In this document: positions 44,280 through 59,537 of the stretch, piece after piece
Layout: each line of letters opens with the position of its first letter
How positions within the stretch are numbered: position 1 is the first letter of the stretch
Assembly (NCBI RefSeq): GCF_009914755.1
Contig: NC_060930.1
DNA length: 64,000 bases
Reading direction: 5' to 3' (one strand)
From: the human T2T-CHM13v2.0 reference genome, Homo sapiens
Translations under genes and position numbers: made by a program
The notes under the pieces: model-generated
Told to the model about the DNA's origin: nothing
Database searches by the model: none
Seen by the model: only the letters and a program-made list of their open reading frames with translations

Positions 44280-44677
44280 TGTATTAGTCCATTCTCACAT
44301 TGCTATAAGGAACTACTTGAGAGTGGGTAATTTATGAAGAAAAGAGATTTAATTGACTCACAGTTCTGCAGGCTGTACAGGAAGCATGGTTGGGGAGGCC
44401 TCAGGAAACTTAACAATCATGGCACAAGGCCAAGGGAAAAGAGGCACATCTTACATGGCCAGAGCAGGAAGGAGGAAGAGAGATGGGAGAGGTGGCACAC
44501 ACTTTCAAAGAACCAGATCTCCTGAGAATTCTGTCGCGAGATAGCACTATGGGGATTGTGCTAAACCATTAGAAACTGCCCCTTGATCTAATCACCTACC
44601 ACCAGGCCCCGCCTCCAACATTGGGAATTACAATTCAACATGAGATTTGGGTGGGGACACAGAGCCAAACCATATCA
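44280..44677 (-). mobile_element. MSTA-like MaLR solo LTR
   Basis: TGTATTAGTCCATTCTCACATTGCTATAA ... CAGAGCCAAACCATATCA. Confidence 0.9.
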
Positions 44678-46428
44678 GTAAGGAACTAGCATCATAAAAA
44701 ATTTAATGTTTTCCCTTTCCCTATCTGTACAGACAATGATGGAAGAGTTAGAAATCCTTAAAGAGCTTTATGTCAACAATTGGACACATAATTAGGAGAA
44801 GCTTAAAGCATTTTAGAACTCAGGATAATATCTCTACTGAGATTCAATTATTCTTTGGTCTGCAGTAAATTTACATGGTCGTGGTTGATTGGTCTATAAA
44901 TATAAATTTTTCTTTCACAGGCAGTTTAAAAAGGGGAACATTTAGACAGCTCTTGTAAAAATCTCACATTGTAGAGTGGGAAATTTCTTAAGTAACACTG
45001 TGCTAGGCACTAATGACTCAAAGATGAACAAATCAGGTATAGCCCTACCCTCCTGAGGCTAACAGAAGAAATTACAGATAAGTGTCTGGTCATTACACAA
45101 GTGTGTGCCATGATGGGGCATATGTGTGATGCCTGTGGAGTCTGTAGGAGAGGCATCCAAGCAAGATTTGGGATTTGGGAATAATTGATGTCTATACTGG
45201 ATGAAGGATGTCCCAGGAAAGCAGGCAAATATGGGACAGTTTGGGGTGGTAAGTGTGGGTAAAAGAGCTATAAAGAGGGAACAGGGCATCATAAAAGCTT
45301 AGAATCCATTTGAAATAATGTGGCTTCTTTTGGAGAGTAAAAAGAATTGGGGAGGGGGTGGAGTGAGGTCGAGGAGGAGAAAGGAGTAAGAGATGTGGCT
45401 GGTGAGGTAGACAGAGGCCAGATTAGGAAGACGTTAAAATATGTTGAGCAGGAGAGTAAATGATCAGATTTGAGTTTTAGAAAGTCTCTCATGGTGTTGC
45501 ATATAGACTTTTCACAATCACATTACCTGTTTTGTGTTGTATGTATCTTGTATAGACATAGGAAGCATTACTTTTATTTTTAAATACATTTGTTATTGAA
45601 GGTTAACGTACATATAGAAAAGTGCACGAATCGTAAGGATATATAGCTTTTATGCATTTTCAAGTGAGTCTCCTGTGTAACTACTACTCACATCAAAAAA
45701 TAGAAGATTACTATTACCCCCAAATCCTTCCTTTGCCTTTTTCAGTTATTACCTGCCCCCAAAGGTGACCCATAGTCTGAATTCTAACACTGTTGATTAG
45801 TTTTGCCCAGTTTAGAACTTTATACAAATGGAATCAGGCAGTGTGTACTTTATGTGTGTGTGTATGATAGCTTTCACCAACTATTTGGGATATTCATCCT
45901 TGCTGCTGGATGTAGTAATAGTTTGTTTTTTGTCTCTCTCATTTTGGTATAGTATTTCATTGCTGCCTGTAGCACAATTTTTAAAATCATTTACTGTTCA
46001 TAGACATTTGGGTTGTTCCCATTTCACCTATTACAAATAGTGCTGCTATAAACATTCTTATACATGTGTATGTGAGCATTTCTGTTGTGCATCTGTGTAG
46101 AAGTAGAAAGGTCATGGGTTATATGTATGATTTAGCTGTGATACTGCTATCAAACATTTGCCAAACAGTTGTCCAGGTGGTTATATCGGCGACATTCTCA
46201 ACATCAGTGTATGAAAGTTCTAGTTGTTTCTCATTCTTGCTCATAGTTGGTATTGCCAGTCATAGTAGCAGATGAAAAATGATATCTCATTGTAGTTTTT
46301 ATTTGTACTTTCCTAATAAGTGATATTGAGCATTTTTTCATGTTTTATTAGCCATTTGGATAGCCTCTTCCATGAAATGCCAGTTCAAATATTTTTGTCC
46401 ATTAAAAAAGATTATCTTTTTCTTACTG

Positions 46429-46742
46429 TTTTTTTTTTTTTTTTTTTTTTTTGAGACAGAGTTTCTGTCGTCGCCCAGGCTGGAGTGCAGTCTCCGCTCA
46501 CTGCAAACTCCGCCTACCGGGTTCACGCCATTCTCCTGCCTCGGTCTCTGCGTAACTGGGACTACAGGCGCCCGCCACCATGCCTGGCTAATTTTTTGTA
46601 TTTTTTTTTTTTTTTTTTTTTTTTAGTAGAGACGGGGTTTCACCGTGATAGCCAGGATGGTCTCAATCTCCTGACCTCGTAATCTGCCAACCTCGCCCTC
46701 CCAAAGTGCTGGGATTACAGGCGTGAGCCACTGCGCCTGGCC
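46429..46742 (-). mobile_element. AluY with expanded central poly-T
   Basis: GGGTTCACGCCATTCTCC; TSD TTTTTCTTAC/TTG. Confidence 0.9.
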
Positions 46743-47251
46743 TTTTTCTTATTGATTTTTATGGAGTTCTTTATATTTTCTAGATAGAAGTCCTTTGTGC
46801 GATGTATGTGTTACAGAATTCTTCCACACTGTAGCTTGCTTTTAACTCTTATAATTTTTCAATGAGAAGTGTTTAATTTTAATGAACTCATTTATACATC
46901 TTCTTTTAATGTTAGTGCTTTTTGTGTCTTCTTTAAGAATTTTTTGCCTGCTCCAATATCATGAAGATATTCTCCTAAGCTACCAAGAAGTTTTATTGTT
47001 TTACTTTTCACATTTAGATCTATAACCCCTTTGAATTGATTTTTGTGTAGGGTGTGAGGTAAGGGTCAAAATGATTTTTATCTATGTAAATATCCTGTTG
47101 ACCCAGCGTTATTTATTGAAAATATTATCTCTTCTCCATTAAATTGCAGTGGCATTCTTTTCATAAAAATAAGTAATCATATGCTTGTGAATCTCTGTCT
47201 GGATTCTGTATTTTGTCCTTATGATGTATTTGTCTAATAAAGTGTCTTACA

Positions 47252-47613
<362 letters not shown>

Positions 47614-47930
47614 TTAGTGTTTGGCGTTTACATACAAATTTTAGTATCATCCTGTCAGTTTCCACAAACAACCTGATAGATTTTGATTGGAATTGCATTG
47701 ACTGTGTAGATCAGTTTGGGAGAGTTGACATTTTTATAATATTGAGTCTTCTAATCAATGAACACAATATAGCTCTCCATTTAATTATGTTGTCTTTAAT
47801 TTCTCTAAGTAATGTTTTGAAGTTCTCTCTGTAGTATTGTACTTCTTTCATTAGATTTGTTCTTTTTGTTGTTATTGCAAATGCCATCTTTTCACCTTGT
47901 AATTTTTTGTTTCTTGTGTATATAAATACA

Positions 47931-48268
47931 TTTTTGTTTTTATTTTTTTATTTTGTATTTATTTTTATTTTTTTATTTTTATTTTTTGAGACAGAGTCTC
48001 TCTCTGTTGCCCACACTGGAGTGCAGTGGCGCGATCTGGGCTCGCTGCAAGCCCTGCCTCCCAGGTTCATGCCATTCTCCTGCCTCAGCCTCCTGAGTAG
48101 CTGGGACTACAGGCGCCTGCCACCACGCCTGGCTAATTTTTTGTATTTTTAGTAGAGATGGGGTTTCACCTTGTTAGCCAGGATGATCTTGATCTCCTGA
48201 CCTCGTGATCCACCCGCCTCAGCCTCCCAAAGTGCTGGGATTACAGGCGTGAGCCACTGTGCCCGGGC
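47931..48268 (-). mobile_element. AluY/Sc-like
   Basis: Full-length with patterned (TTTTTA)n tail; TSD ATAAATACATTTTTGT / ATAAATGCATTTTTGT. Confidence 0.95.
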
Positions 48269-50777
48269 ATAAATGCATTTTTGTATCTTGACCTTGATTC
48301 TAGGGATTTTGCTGCATTCACTTCTTAATCTTAATAACTTATTTGTAGAATGATTTGGATTTTCTGTGTACATCACTGTATGTGATGAATAAAGAGCTTT
48401 GTTTCTTTCTTGCCTGATTCTTGTATCTTACACTTTTTTTTATTGCCTCATTGCTCTATCTAGGACCTCAATTATAATTTTGAATAGAAATGGTGATAGC
48501 ATGTACTTTGTCTTATTCCCAATTTCAGGGGGAAAGCATTCAATATTTAAAATATGGCTCTTGCTTACAAGTGTTGTTGAAACCTTTTTATCGATTAAGA
48601 AGATCTCTTATTTCTAATTAATAGATATTTTAATCATGAACATGTGTTGAGTTTTAGCAAATGATTTTCCGCATTTATCGAGATGATGATATGATTTGTT
48701 CCTCCTTTATTTTGTCAATATGGTAATCACATTTTAAAAAAATGTTAGAACAGTTTTGCATTTCTATAATAAATCCAACTGATGTGCTATTATTTTAGTG
48801 TTTTGTTGGACTCAATTTAGTGAAATTTTGTTTGAGAATTTGTCTATGTTTAGGAGAGAGATTGGTGTAAGTAGCTGAATAGTGCCTCCCTTTTCATTTT
48901 TGATATTTACAATCTGTGCCTTTTTTCCCCCCTTGATCAGTCTTGCCTGGGGTTTATCAAATTTATTATTTTATCAGTGAACTTATTTTGACTTTTTTTT
49001 GCTATTGTATGCTTATTTTCTAATTTATTCATTTCTGTTCATAGTTTGTTCTTTCCTAATATTTTTGGCTTTAGGTTTTCTGTTTTTTCTAACTTTGTGA
49101 AAATGCTACTTAGATTATTGATTTTCAACTTTTCTAACATATGCATTCGAAGCTCTGCATTTTCCTCAAGCATGGCTTTAATAGTATCCTCTTAAATTCT
49201 GTCACATTTTTTCTGCTCAAAATATTTAAAAATATCCATGTGTTTTTTCTTTGACCATAAGTTATTAGACATTTATTACTTAATTTCCAACGGTTTAGGA
49301 TATTCTAAAAATCTTTTTGTTGATTTCTAGCTTAATCCAGCTATTGTCAAAGAACACGCTATTAACATTTTAGTCTTTTTTTTTGAGACTATTCTTATGG
49401 CCTGGATATGATCATTTTTGCTGAGTGATAGACATGCACTTGAATAGACTATACAATATAATCAATCTGTAGTTGTAATTGCAGAATTTGGTGCACATAG
49501 ATTGGGTCAAATTCATTAATTGTATTGATCAAAGTTTCTATCTACAATTTTTCAGTCTGCTTGTTCTGTCAATTACTGGGAAGGATAAGCAAAATCTCTC
49601 ACTGAGATGATGAATTTTTCTACCTTTCATTCTGTCAGTTTTTAAGTATATATTTTGAGGATATGTTATTGGATATATACAAACTTATAATTGTTATAAT
49701 TCCTTGGTGTATTGGACACCTTTCCTCTCTGTAGCTCTCATAATGGTTCTTGACTTACTGTCTACAGGTCTTATAGTAGTATATACCAACTCTCCTTTGT
49801 TAGTTGGTTAGTGTTTGCATGGTATATCTTCTTATATACTTTAAATTTCCTGACTCTATTTTTAGTTGTTTCTTTTATAAGCCGCATATAGCTGGCTTTT
49901 GTTTACTTATCTCACCTGACAGTCTTTGGAGCAGCTAATAGTTCATTTACATGTAAAGTACTTGATAATATAATTGGGTTTAAACTTCCCATTGTACTAT
50001 TTGTTTTCTAACTGTCCTATCTGTTCTTTGTTCTTTTTTTCTTTCTTGCCTTTAAAAAAATTAATAAAGAAATTTTAATTCAGTTTTCTTCTCTCTTTTC
50101 TTGTTAGTTATACATTGTGTTTTACTCTTTTGACTGTTATCCTAGAGATTATAACATCTATTTTTCACTTATGAATATACTTTAAATTAGTATTTTAATC
50201 CTTCCGTGATGGTGTAGTGTTATTAGAATACTTTGACTCTATAAACCCCTTGCTCTTTTTGGAATCGTTGTATCAGTTTAATTCCACACATGAATAAAAT
50301 AACATTATACATTATTGCTGTTTTATACAGTTAGTATTTATCTATATTTATCATTTATTTTCATTCCTTCATGTAAGTCTGTGTTTCCCTTTGGGATTAT
50401 TTTCTTTCTGCTGGAAGAACTCCCTTTAGTATTTCTTTCTATTTTTACTTGTTTGAAACTATTTTGTCTTAATTTTTGAAGCATATTTTTGCTGCATGTG
50501 GAATTCTAGGTTGTCAGTTTCTTTCAGTACTTTAAAGATGTAATTTCATTGTCCTCTGTTTTCCATTGTTTTTGTTGAGAAATTGGCTGTCAGTCTCACT
50601 TTGGTCCTTTAGAGGTGATGTGCCTTTTTCCTCTGTGTGTTAAAAATTTTTTCTTTGTGTTTGGTATTGAAGGGTTCTGTTAAGATATGCTGAGACACTT
50701 TTTCTTTACTGTCTATCTTGCTTGGGGATCATAGAGGTTCTTGAATCAGTTTTAGAATATTCTTTAATTAAAAAAAA

Positions 50778-51067
50778 TTTTTTTTGAGACAAAATCTTGC
50801 TCTGTGGCCCAGGCTGGAGTCAAGTGGTGTGATCTCAGCTCACTGCAACCTCTGCCTCCTGGGCTTAGGTGATCCTCCTGCCTCAGCCTTCTGAGTAGCT
50901 GGGACTGACTACACGTGCCACCACACCTGGCTAATTTTTGTGTTTTCAGTAGAGATAAGATTTTACCATTTTGGCCAGACTGATCTCAAACTCCTGTCCT
51001 CAACTGATCTACTTGCCTCAGCCTAGCAGAGTGCTGGGATTACAGGTGTGAGCCACCACCCCTGGCC
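50778..51067 (-). mobile_element. Old Alu (J/S)
   Basis: Antisense Alu; TSD CAGTTTTAGAATATTCT. Confidence 0.9.
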
Positions 51068-51707
51068 AGTTTTAGAATATTCTCAGCAGCTATCTCATCA
51101 AATAGTATTTCTTCTGGTCTGATCACTTTCCTCTGCTCCTAGAAGTACAATTTTATATCCTTTAGACTCTTTCACCCTGTTCTATTTGACTCCTAAACTC
51201 TTTTTCCTATTTTCCATTGTATTTTTTCCTCTTTAGTTTGGAAACTTTCTAATGACCTATGTTTCAATTCACTAATGTTCTCATCTTCTGTTCCGTTCTT
51301 ATTTTTATTTTATTTTGTTAGGGCTTTATGGAAGTATAACTTATACGCCATAAAATTCACCCATTGTAGGTGTAGCATTCAATGATCTTAGTTAAATTCA
51401 CAGAGTTCTGCAACCAGAGAAAGAAAATCTTACCTTATTCTTTGTCTTTTCTGAAATTCTTATTTGGTAGATTAGTAGATACAAACAGCCCTGATAGAGC
51501 TATAGTTATTTAATTACATTCAGGGAATACTAATGGCTACCTTATCTAAATGGTGAAAGTAGTTTCTAAATTATAAAGTACTGTTAATGTATACTTTTAC
51601 TCATCCAAATAAAAAATATTTAATAACATATATATCAAAACCCTTGGTAAAAATAAAATGCTATACAATGTAAGGTGTTATTACCATGTGCATAGAGGTG
51701 GTTCCTG

Positions 51708-51846
51708 CTTTTTTTTTTTTTCTTTTTGTAGAAATAGGGTCTCACCGTGTTGTCCAAGTTGTTCTTGAACTGCTGGGCTCAAGTGATCCTCCTGCCTCAG
51801 CCTTCCAAAGTGATAGGATTAGAGGCCTGAGCCACTGTGCCTGGCT
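51708..51846 (-). mobile_element. Alu monomer (FLAM-like)
   Basis: Left-arm monomer with T tail. Confidence 0.85.
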
Positions 51847-52129
51847 GAAGTCCATGTTTTTTTGATGGAGATATAAAAATGGACTTTCTTTTTTTAACAG
51901 TAAATCATGTATGCTACTGGGTAAGTGAATTTTGAGATGCTAGTTACAACTTTGTACCATTGGTACTTATCTTACTGCCTTGGAACTGCTATATTTTGCA
52001 TACATGCCTGTCCCCCTCTGTGAATTACAAATTTTTTGAGGAAGGTGACAATGTCTTGCTCATTGTTAGTATCATTGTATGGCACCTAGAACATGGGAAG
52101 TATTCAACAAATGTTTGCTAAGTGAATAA

Positions 52130-52967
52130 TGTTAAAGTTTTGCAGCCGACACTTTTAAAAATGATAAGACATATTTTATTCAGTACTACTTCAGTAGGGG
52201 AGAGACCTCAGTGTTACCGGAGCTTAACTGAACTGAACAAAAGACAGGAGCCCTTTTAAATGCTGGGATGTACTAAACAAAAGGTACTAAAAGACATTAA
52301 GGGTGATTTGTATGTGTAGTTAGGCAGTGTGGGTTTGTTAATTGGTGTTTATCTGGAGGAGAAACAAACTTCTTGTATCCTTAGGACAGGAAATATAGTT
52401 GTGCAAATTGGTTCTTGTGTCTTTAGGACAGGAAATATAGCTTTGCAATTTGGGACAAGATGCCCACCAGTTAGGCTCTTACCCTCCTACAAGAAGAACT
52501 GGGCAACAGGAGAGGTATCTCTCTGGATGTTTACATTTCAAAGAGGTGGCTCCCAGGTCCTTGAGGAACTGTTTCTGGGTGGTAGAGGATTTACATCTCA
52601 AAGGTACAAGGAAAAGATTTACAGTTGCAAGCTTTCAGGAGTAAATGCTCTAGAAAAGGAAGGTCAGGGACCTATTATCAGGTGTTGGCTAGAACCAACA
52701 GTAAGTTATTTTGGCTTAAGAAATAATTTGAGAAAGCTCTGAGCTTTCTCAGGTAGGCATGTTAAGGAGGTGGTTTTGTCATCCTAGGGACATGGCCTTG
52801 GGCTGATAGAACCTGAGCTAGTGTTTGTTCAAATGTCTTAGTGTGGAGGGTTGATGAAATGGGTTGTGCTGAAAGTTGCAGTTTGTATAGGTCAAAGTGG
52901 AGGCCTAGTTGAAAAGAGGACTCAGAGGAGCCTGACTAAAGTTTGGTCAAGGAGAGGGTCTTTGTCA
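52130..52967 (-). mobile_element. ERV1 solo LTR (MER31/MER67 group), 838 bp
   Basis: Minus strand starts TGACAAAGACCCTCTCCTTGACCAAACTTTAGTCAGGCTCC. TG..CA termini and perfect 4-bp TSD ATAA (52126-29 / 52968-71). Internal ~42-bp tandem duplication at about 52370-52453. Confidence 0.8.
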
Positions 52968-54238
52968 ATAATGCAGGGCAAGGAAAGGTAATTTATGCAT
53001 GGAAATTCAGGATGAAACCAGAAATGGGGTGGAAATTAGGCATACCTATCAGAATTTAATGTCCAGCACTGGCTGAGAAAGAACGAATGTTTAGTTAACC
53101 AGGTGTGCTATATCTGTTATTTGTACTTAATCCTTTCAATACACCTGTGAGGTCAGTACTGTCTCTATGTTACAATCAAGAGACAGAAGCACAGATATTT
53201 TAAATAACATGTTCAGGGTCATATAGTCAGTGATCAGTGGAGTTGGGATTCCAACCCAGATTTTTTTGACTTCAAATGACTCTGATCATCAGTATGTATT
53301 TTAATATTGTTATATAGCAATTTGCTTTCCTCAGAAGTGATTTACATTAATAACAGTTAAGATTGCTAAGCTGCTTACTAAGTGCCTGATCCTAAGAAGA
53401 ACATTTAGCCGGGCTTAATAAACATTGAGGAGTGAGAACATAAGAGTGTTACTAGAGATTTGCTTTCTTAGGGTGGAAATGCCCTCAGTTGTCACTTGAA
53501 TTCCTGCTAACACCCCAATACATGTGGAAAGGTTGCTCTTAGTTATAGAGCCCTGTTATGTTGGAGCTGGAAGGTCTTTAGCCATCAAGCCCAGAATCTT
53601 AATTTCTCAGATGAAAAAGCCATGACCCAGAAAGTTTAAGTGATTTACTCAAGATCTCAGAGTCTGTACATTAGAGAGAGCTGGGCTTGATTTAGCCAAA
53701 AATTATTGTGGCCCACTTTAGGGATTTACCCTCAGATGTTGTCATCACAAAATGTATGTATCAAATGTGAAACTGCCACTTCGTTGCCAGGGCATTCTTT
53801 TAGCAAATAACCTTAAACGTTGGAATTGCCCTTATGAGGAGATGATGGTACTTCAGCAGTGCCCCTCAGAGCCCGTTTAGATGATTTTGCAGAGCTTTCT
53901 GTTTTAAACACTTCTGTCTGAAGTGTTTAGTGTGATGCTATAGGTTAGGCAAAAATATAGTAACAGCAACATGACAACAACAACAAAACAACCAACATGG
54001 ATAAACAAATGAACCTTAAAAAAATTTTTGTCACTACAATGTTTTAACAATTTCAAAGATTGACATAGACCTCTTCTCTTATTTGTGTTAAGACCTATTA
54101 GTTTATGCTATTTTTTGTGTTAAACAGTAAAATGTTTATTCCCTTGTTATATTCCATTACTGCTGTGCCTTAATTTCATCTTGACAGTTTTCCTCTGCCT
54201 TTTTGGCATCCCATTCATTCTGATTACACCAGTGGATC

Positions 54239-55156
<918 letters not shown>

Positions 55157-55808
55157 CATTTCCCCCCTCCCATTTATAAGGGGACCCTTAATCCTGAAGG
55201 TTGCAGAGGGATAGAAATTTATCTTCTGTAGCTTCTTCAGGCTGAACAGGGGCAATGATATTCCTGCCTAACAATTTTTAGGGTCTCTTGTATTTAGAGT
55301 TGGGAGGAGTTTAGTCATAAAGTGTTAGTATGGTGAAGGTCATTCAAAACTCTGAGTCCTGATGAAAGATGATACCTGGAAGATTAGTAAGTATTTAAGA
55401 AAACATTGAGTAAGCTTATCCTGAATTATATACAAAGAGTACAACAGCAATATATTCTACAACTGTAAAGCGAAATCAGTAAAATTGTCTAAAATAAACT
55501 AAATAAGAGCTTTCTATGAACTGGGCAATTGTGGGAACCAAGCTGATATGGGGTCGCTAGCTGATTTCATTATGTGTCCAGAATTAGAATAGTGATTCAG
55601 ATTTTTATGTTAATCATGCCTCATGTTTCTTTTGAGCAGCAGCCAGAGATCACTGGTTGGTTCACAGGAATAAGCAGGGTCAGTCTAAATTGCAGAAAAA
55701 ACTCAAAAACAATGGATGAGACTAGAGTCTGGTAACAGGTGTACCATAGTTTGTGAAACATAATTTTTCTCTCTCCAGTCCCTATTTTTATTTAAACAAA
55801 CCATGGTA

Positions 55809-55894
55809 GGACTGATTTGTTGGCAAAATAAATTTTAGTCTTATTGTATGTGGACTGATTTGTTGGCAAAATAAATTTTAGTCTTATTGTATGT
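55809..55894. repeat. Perfect 43-bp tandem duplication
   Basis: GGACTGATTTGTTGGCAAAATAAATTTTAGTCTTATTGTATGT occurs twice. Confidence 0.95.
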
Positions 55895-57526
55895 GGCCTG
55901 GTTATTTGTATAAAGTGAAGCAAGAATAATTATTTGCCATATAGGCTCTTTTGGCTTTGATGGAACTGTGTTCTATAATCTAATCTTAGATTAGACTTTT
56001 TAAAGCCTTGAGACCAGTCATGGATTTATGTGTGTCTGCAAATATGAGTTGGATAAGTTTCTCTCCTCTGGATGTCCCAAGATATTTGGGGCTCCTGGGC
56101 CTGTCAGAAAGTGACATTCTTTACTTGCTACAGGTCAGGAGCCCTGTACAAGGCTCAAGATATGAGGTCAGTTTTCTTAGGGGCTTTAATTGGCTCTATA
56201 AATGAATTTTGATTCCTTAAACCAGTTTGTTTACATTTGAAAGCATGTCAGTCATTCCAGTCAAAGCCTTGGTAAAATAACCAGTGTCTCCAATTGTGTC
56301 TTGTCACAAAGGAAAAATTCTTACTGGACTTATGTAAATAGCTATATCACCATAAGTTAAAAATACTCACAAATAGTTTCCAAATTTGGGAGAAATCAGG
56401 TAGAGAGAAAGAAATGTGCTCTAAATTTTGTTTACAGTAGTATATTATACTCAATTGTTGAAAGCTGTAAATAGCTCAAAATAAAAGTTTTCTTGACTCT
56501 GAAAAACAAAACAAAGGCAAAAAGTCATGAATAGATTATTTTGGTCTTCTATTAGTTGTCTATGCAATTCCTGTTTTTCTCAATATTTATGAATACGTTA
56601 GTTTTCCAAGAGTCTTGGAAGTTTTTCTTCGTTTTAATGGCATACATTTCAAAGCTGTGAAAGTCCTGCTTTATAAGAGTACTTGTCAGAGTCCTATAAC
56701 TGATTATAAACTGCCTTTTGAAGAGAATCAAAACAAGACAATTGCTTGTAGATGACAAAAAGTCTTAGGGCAGCTACAGTCAGAGACACAATTGACAAGG
56801 AAATTTGGCCCCTTGTGGCACACAATAATTTAAGATAACAATTATAACTATTAATGATAACATATACTAAGTTATACCAGAATTATAGTAGTTTTGCATA
56901 ATTTTGGAACACATACCAATAACACATTTAAATAACCCAAAAAATGTCAGATGCCATTTTGTATTTGACAGTACTTCCTGTATGATTTTAGTATGTCAAA
57001 TAAGTCAAATATGCCATTATTGGACTTCAGGGGACCTAATATCTAAAAGGATTATCAAGTCAGGAAAGACTTATTAAGTCTTTAGGTCCTACTTAAGTCC
57101 TAGTTTGATTTGGGAATGTTTGTTAAATAGCAAAGGTGTAAAACACTTTATGTTATAAAATAGAATCTCAGGTCACTGTAAGTCATTTATTTAGCCAAAA
57201 TGACAACTTAAAGATTTTAAAAAGGCAAAAACCTTTACCCATTGATAGAGGGAAGAGTTAGCTTTCCAAATAATGTCTCTTTTCTCTCCTTTCTTTTTTT
57301 TTCTTTAGTTTATTCAAAAGACAAACAAAAATCTTTTATCTTTTAATATTACATGAAAATCTTGTTCAAAAGAGAAAGCCAAATTTCACTTTTGCATTAA
57401 TGTACTATTAATGTCAAATCCAATTTTTAATAAAATCATACGGACAAAATCTACTCACTCCTAATCAGTTTGACCATAAAGTAAGATTTTCACAAACCTT
57501 TTATAACCCTTTAAATTTTTTGTTGA

Positions 57527-58267
57527 TGGCAAGATGGCTGCCACTGCCTTTGCCAGTGCAGTGAGAGCAGCTTCAGGAATCTTATAGCCCCTGAATATTT
57601 TGGCATCTTCAGCCTACCAAAACTGTGTGTCAAGAATGCCTCTCTTATTTCTGCATTGTCCACTGGACGTTTTAGTCATATTCAGACACCAGTTGTTTCC
57701 TCTGCTCCCAGACTTACCACATCTGTCAGAAACCTGACATGTGGGCATCCTGCGGTAATCTTTAATAGAGTGGCCCCCTTGCTTCCAAGTGTCCTGAAGC
57801 TGCCAGTCAGATCTCTAACATTCATTTGTACACAAAAAGGCAAGAGAAAGACTGTGAAAGCTGTCATCTATAGGTTTCTTCGACTTCATTCTGGCCTTTG
57901 GTTGACGAGAAAGGCTGGTTATAAGAAAAAATTACGGAAAAAGACACTTGCAAGAAAAAAGCAATTGAGGGAATCTGTGTTCTGCAGTAAAACCCAGAGT
58001 GAACTCTTAGATAAAATGATGATGTCCTTCTGGAAGAGGTGAAAAACTGATATGACGATGATTCTTATCAGAAGTTATCATGATCGAACAAACCTGAAAG
58101 TATAGATCAGAAGTTTTACTTGTTTCTCAGTTATTGAATATGTATCTTTGTGTACGATATCTTCACAAAAATGGGTAAGTATAAAACTTGATGTAAATTG
58201 TACCAACGAATAGGTAAACATACAGTGCCAACGTTAAACTTATAAAAGTTTTAAAACTTAAAAAAAA
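57527..58267 (+). pseudogene. MRPL35: Processed pseudogene of mitochondrial ribosomal protein L35 (probably MRPL35P1)
   Basis: ATG at 57534 ([17 protein letters not shown]) and ORF-track peptide [44 protein letters not shown] match MRPL35. Intronless, with TAG at codon 18 (57585), a 2-nt frameshift near 57626 and TGA at 58040. Ends HDRTNLKV* at 58105, with A tail and TSD-like AAATTTTTTGTTGA / AAATTTTGCTGA. Confidence 0.95.
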
Positions 58268-58936
58268 TTTTGCTGAAGAGTAGATCAGTGCTCTAAGAAA
58301 ACCCTGTTGTGCATTTTTCCAGTATTCAATTTATGGAAAAACTAAACAATACCCTCTTAATTTTAGTCAATTTGTTCACACACAGAATTTCTTTTACAAG
58401 ATTAATTTTTCACAAACTTTCCACCATTTGCTCAAATTTTTAGCTTTATTCTATCTAACTTAAAATAATTATTCAGCCCTCTGAACTAGGCAAGAAACTT
58501 CTCACATTCCCATGTCTTTTTATAAGCTTTTACAAAAAATACATTCTACTTTTCTTACATACCTTGCTCCAATAGTCTCAATTACATATGTTACAATGTT
58601 AACTCGTAGCAACTTTTATTTTTGGTGAAAAACTTGGTGAGTGAGCGATTTTAACCTTGTATCAGATTGTAGAGCCCAAGACAAGGACAGAGCTGTAAAG
58701 TCTGACCTTCCCAGCCTAGTCAGGGGACCAGGCTAATTCCATACATCTCAAGGCCTTACCTGGAATTCGCTGTAAAGCAGACAAGTCAAATAATTATAAA
58801 AAATGTCATAGAAGCAGTTTATGACCTTAACACATTTACCAAGGACAGTATTCAGCTTGCCTAATTTAGACTAAATGTCTAAAAGTCATGTGAACTAAAT
58901 GACATTAAAGTTTTTATTTTTCTGACAAAACAGGTA

Positions 58937-59236
58937 CTTTTTTTTTTTTTTTTTTTTTGACAGAGTCCTGCTCTGTCTCCCACGTTGGAGTGTGATAACA
59001 CAATCTTGGCTCCCTGCAACCTCCATCTCCCGGGTTCAACAATTCTCGTGCCTCAACCTCCCGAGTACCTGGGATTACAGGCACACACCACCACACATGG
59101 CTAATTTTTGTATTTTTAGTAGAGATGGGGCTTCACCATGTTGGCCAGGCTGGTCTTGAACTCCTGATCTCAGGTAATCTGCCTGCCTTGGCTTCCCAAA
59201 GTGCTGAGATTACAGGCATGAGCCACCACACCTGCA
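58937..59236 (-). mobile_element. AluS within the ERV internal region
   Basis: Antisense Alu with T tail. Confidence 0.9.
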
Positions 59237-59242
59237 CTCCCC

Positions 59243-59537
<295 letters not shown>

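Noticed and set aside
52329-52742. 137-aa ORF with an internal repeat
   Set aside because: Lies antisense within a solo LTR, and the peptide repeat simply reflects the 42-bp DNA duplication.
57065-57083. Perfect 9-bp inverted repeat AAAGACTTA-T-TAAGTCTTT
   Set aside because: Short and AT-rich; compatible with chance in a 64-kb window.
57656-58042. 128-aa MRPL35-like ORF as a functional gene
   Set aside because: It begins at TTG, the true ATG frame stops at codon 18, it has frameshifts, and both the N-terminal targeting region and the C-terminus are lost.
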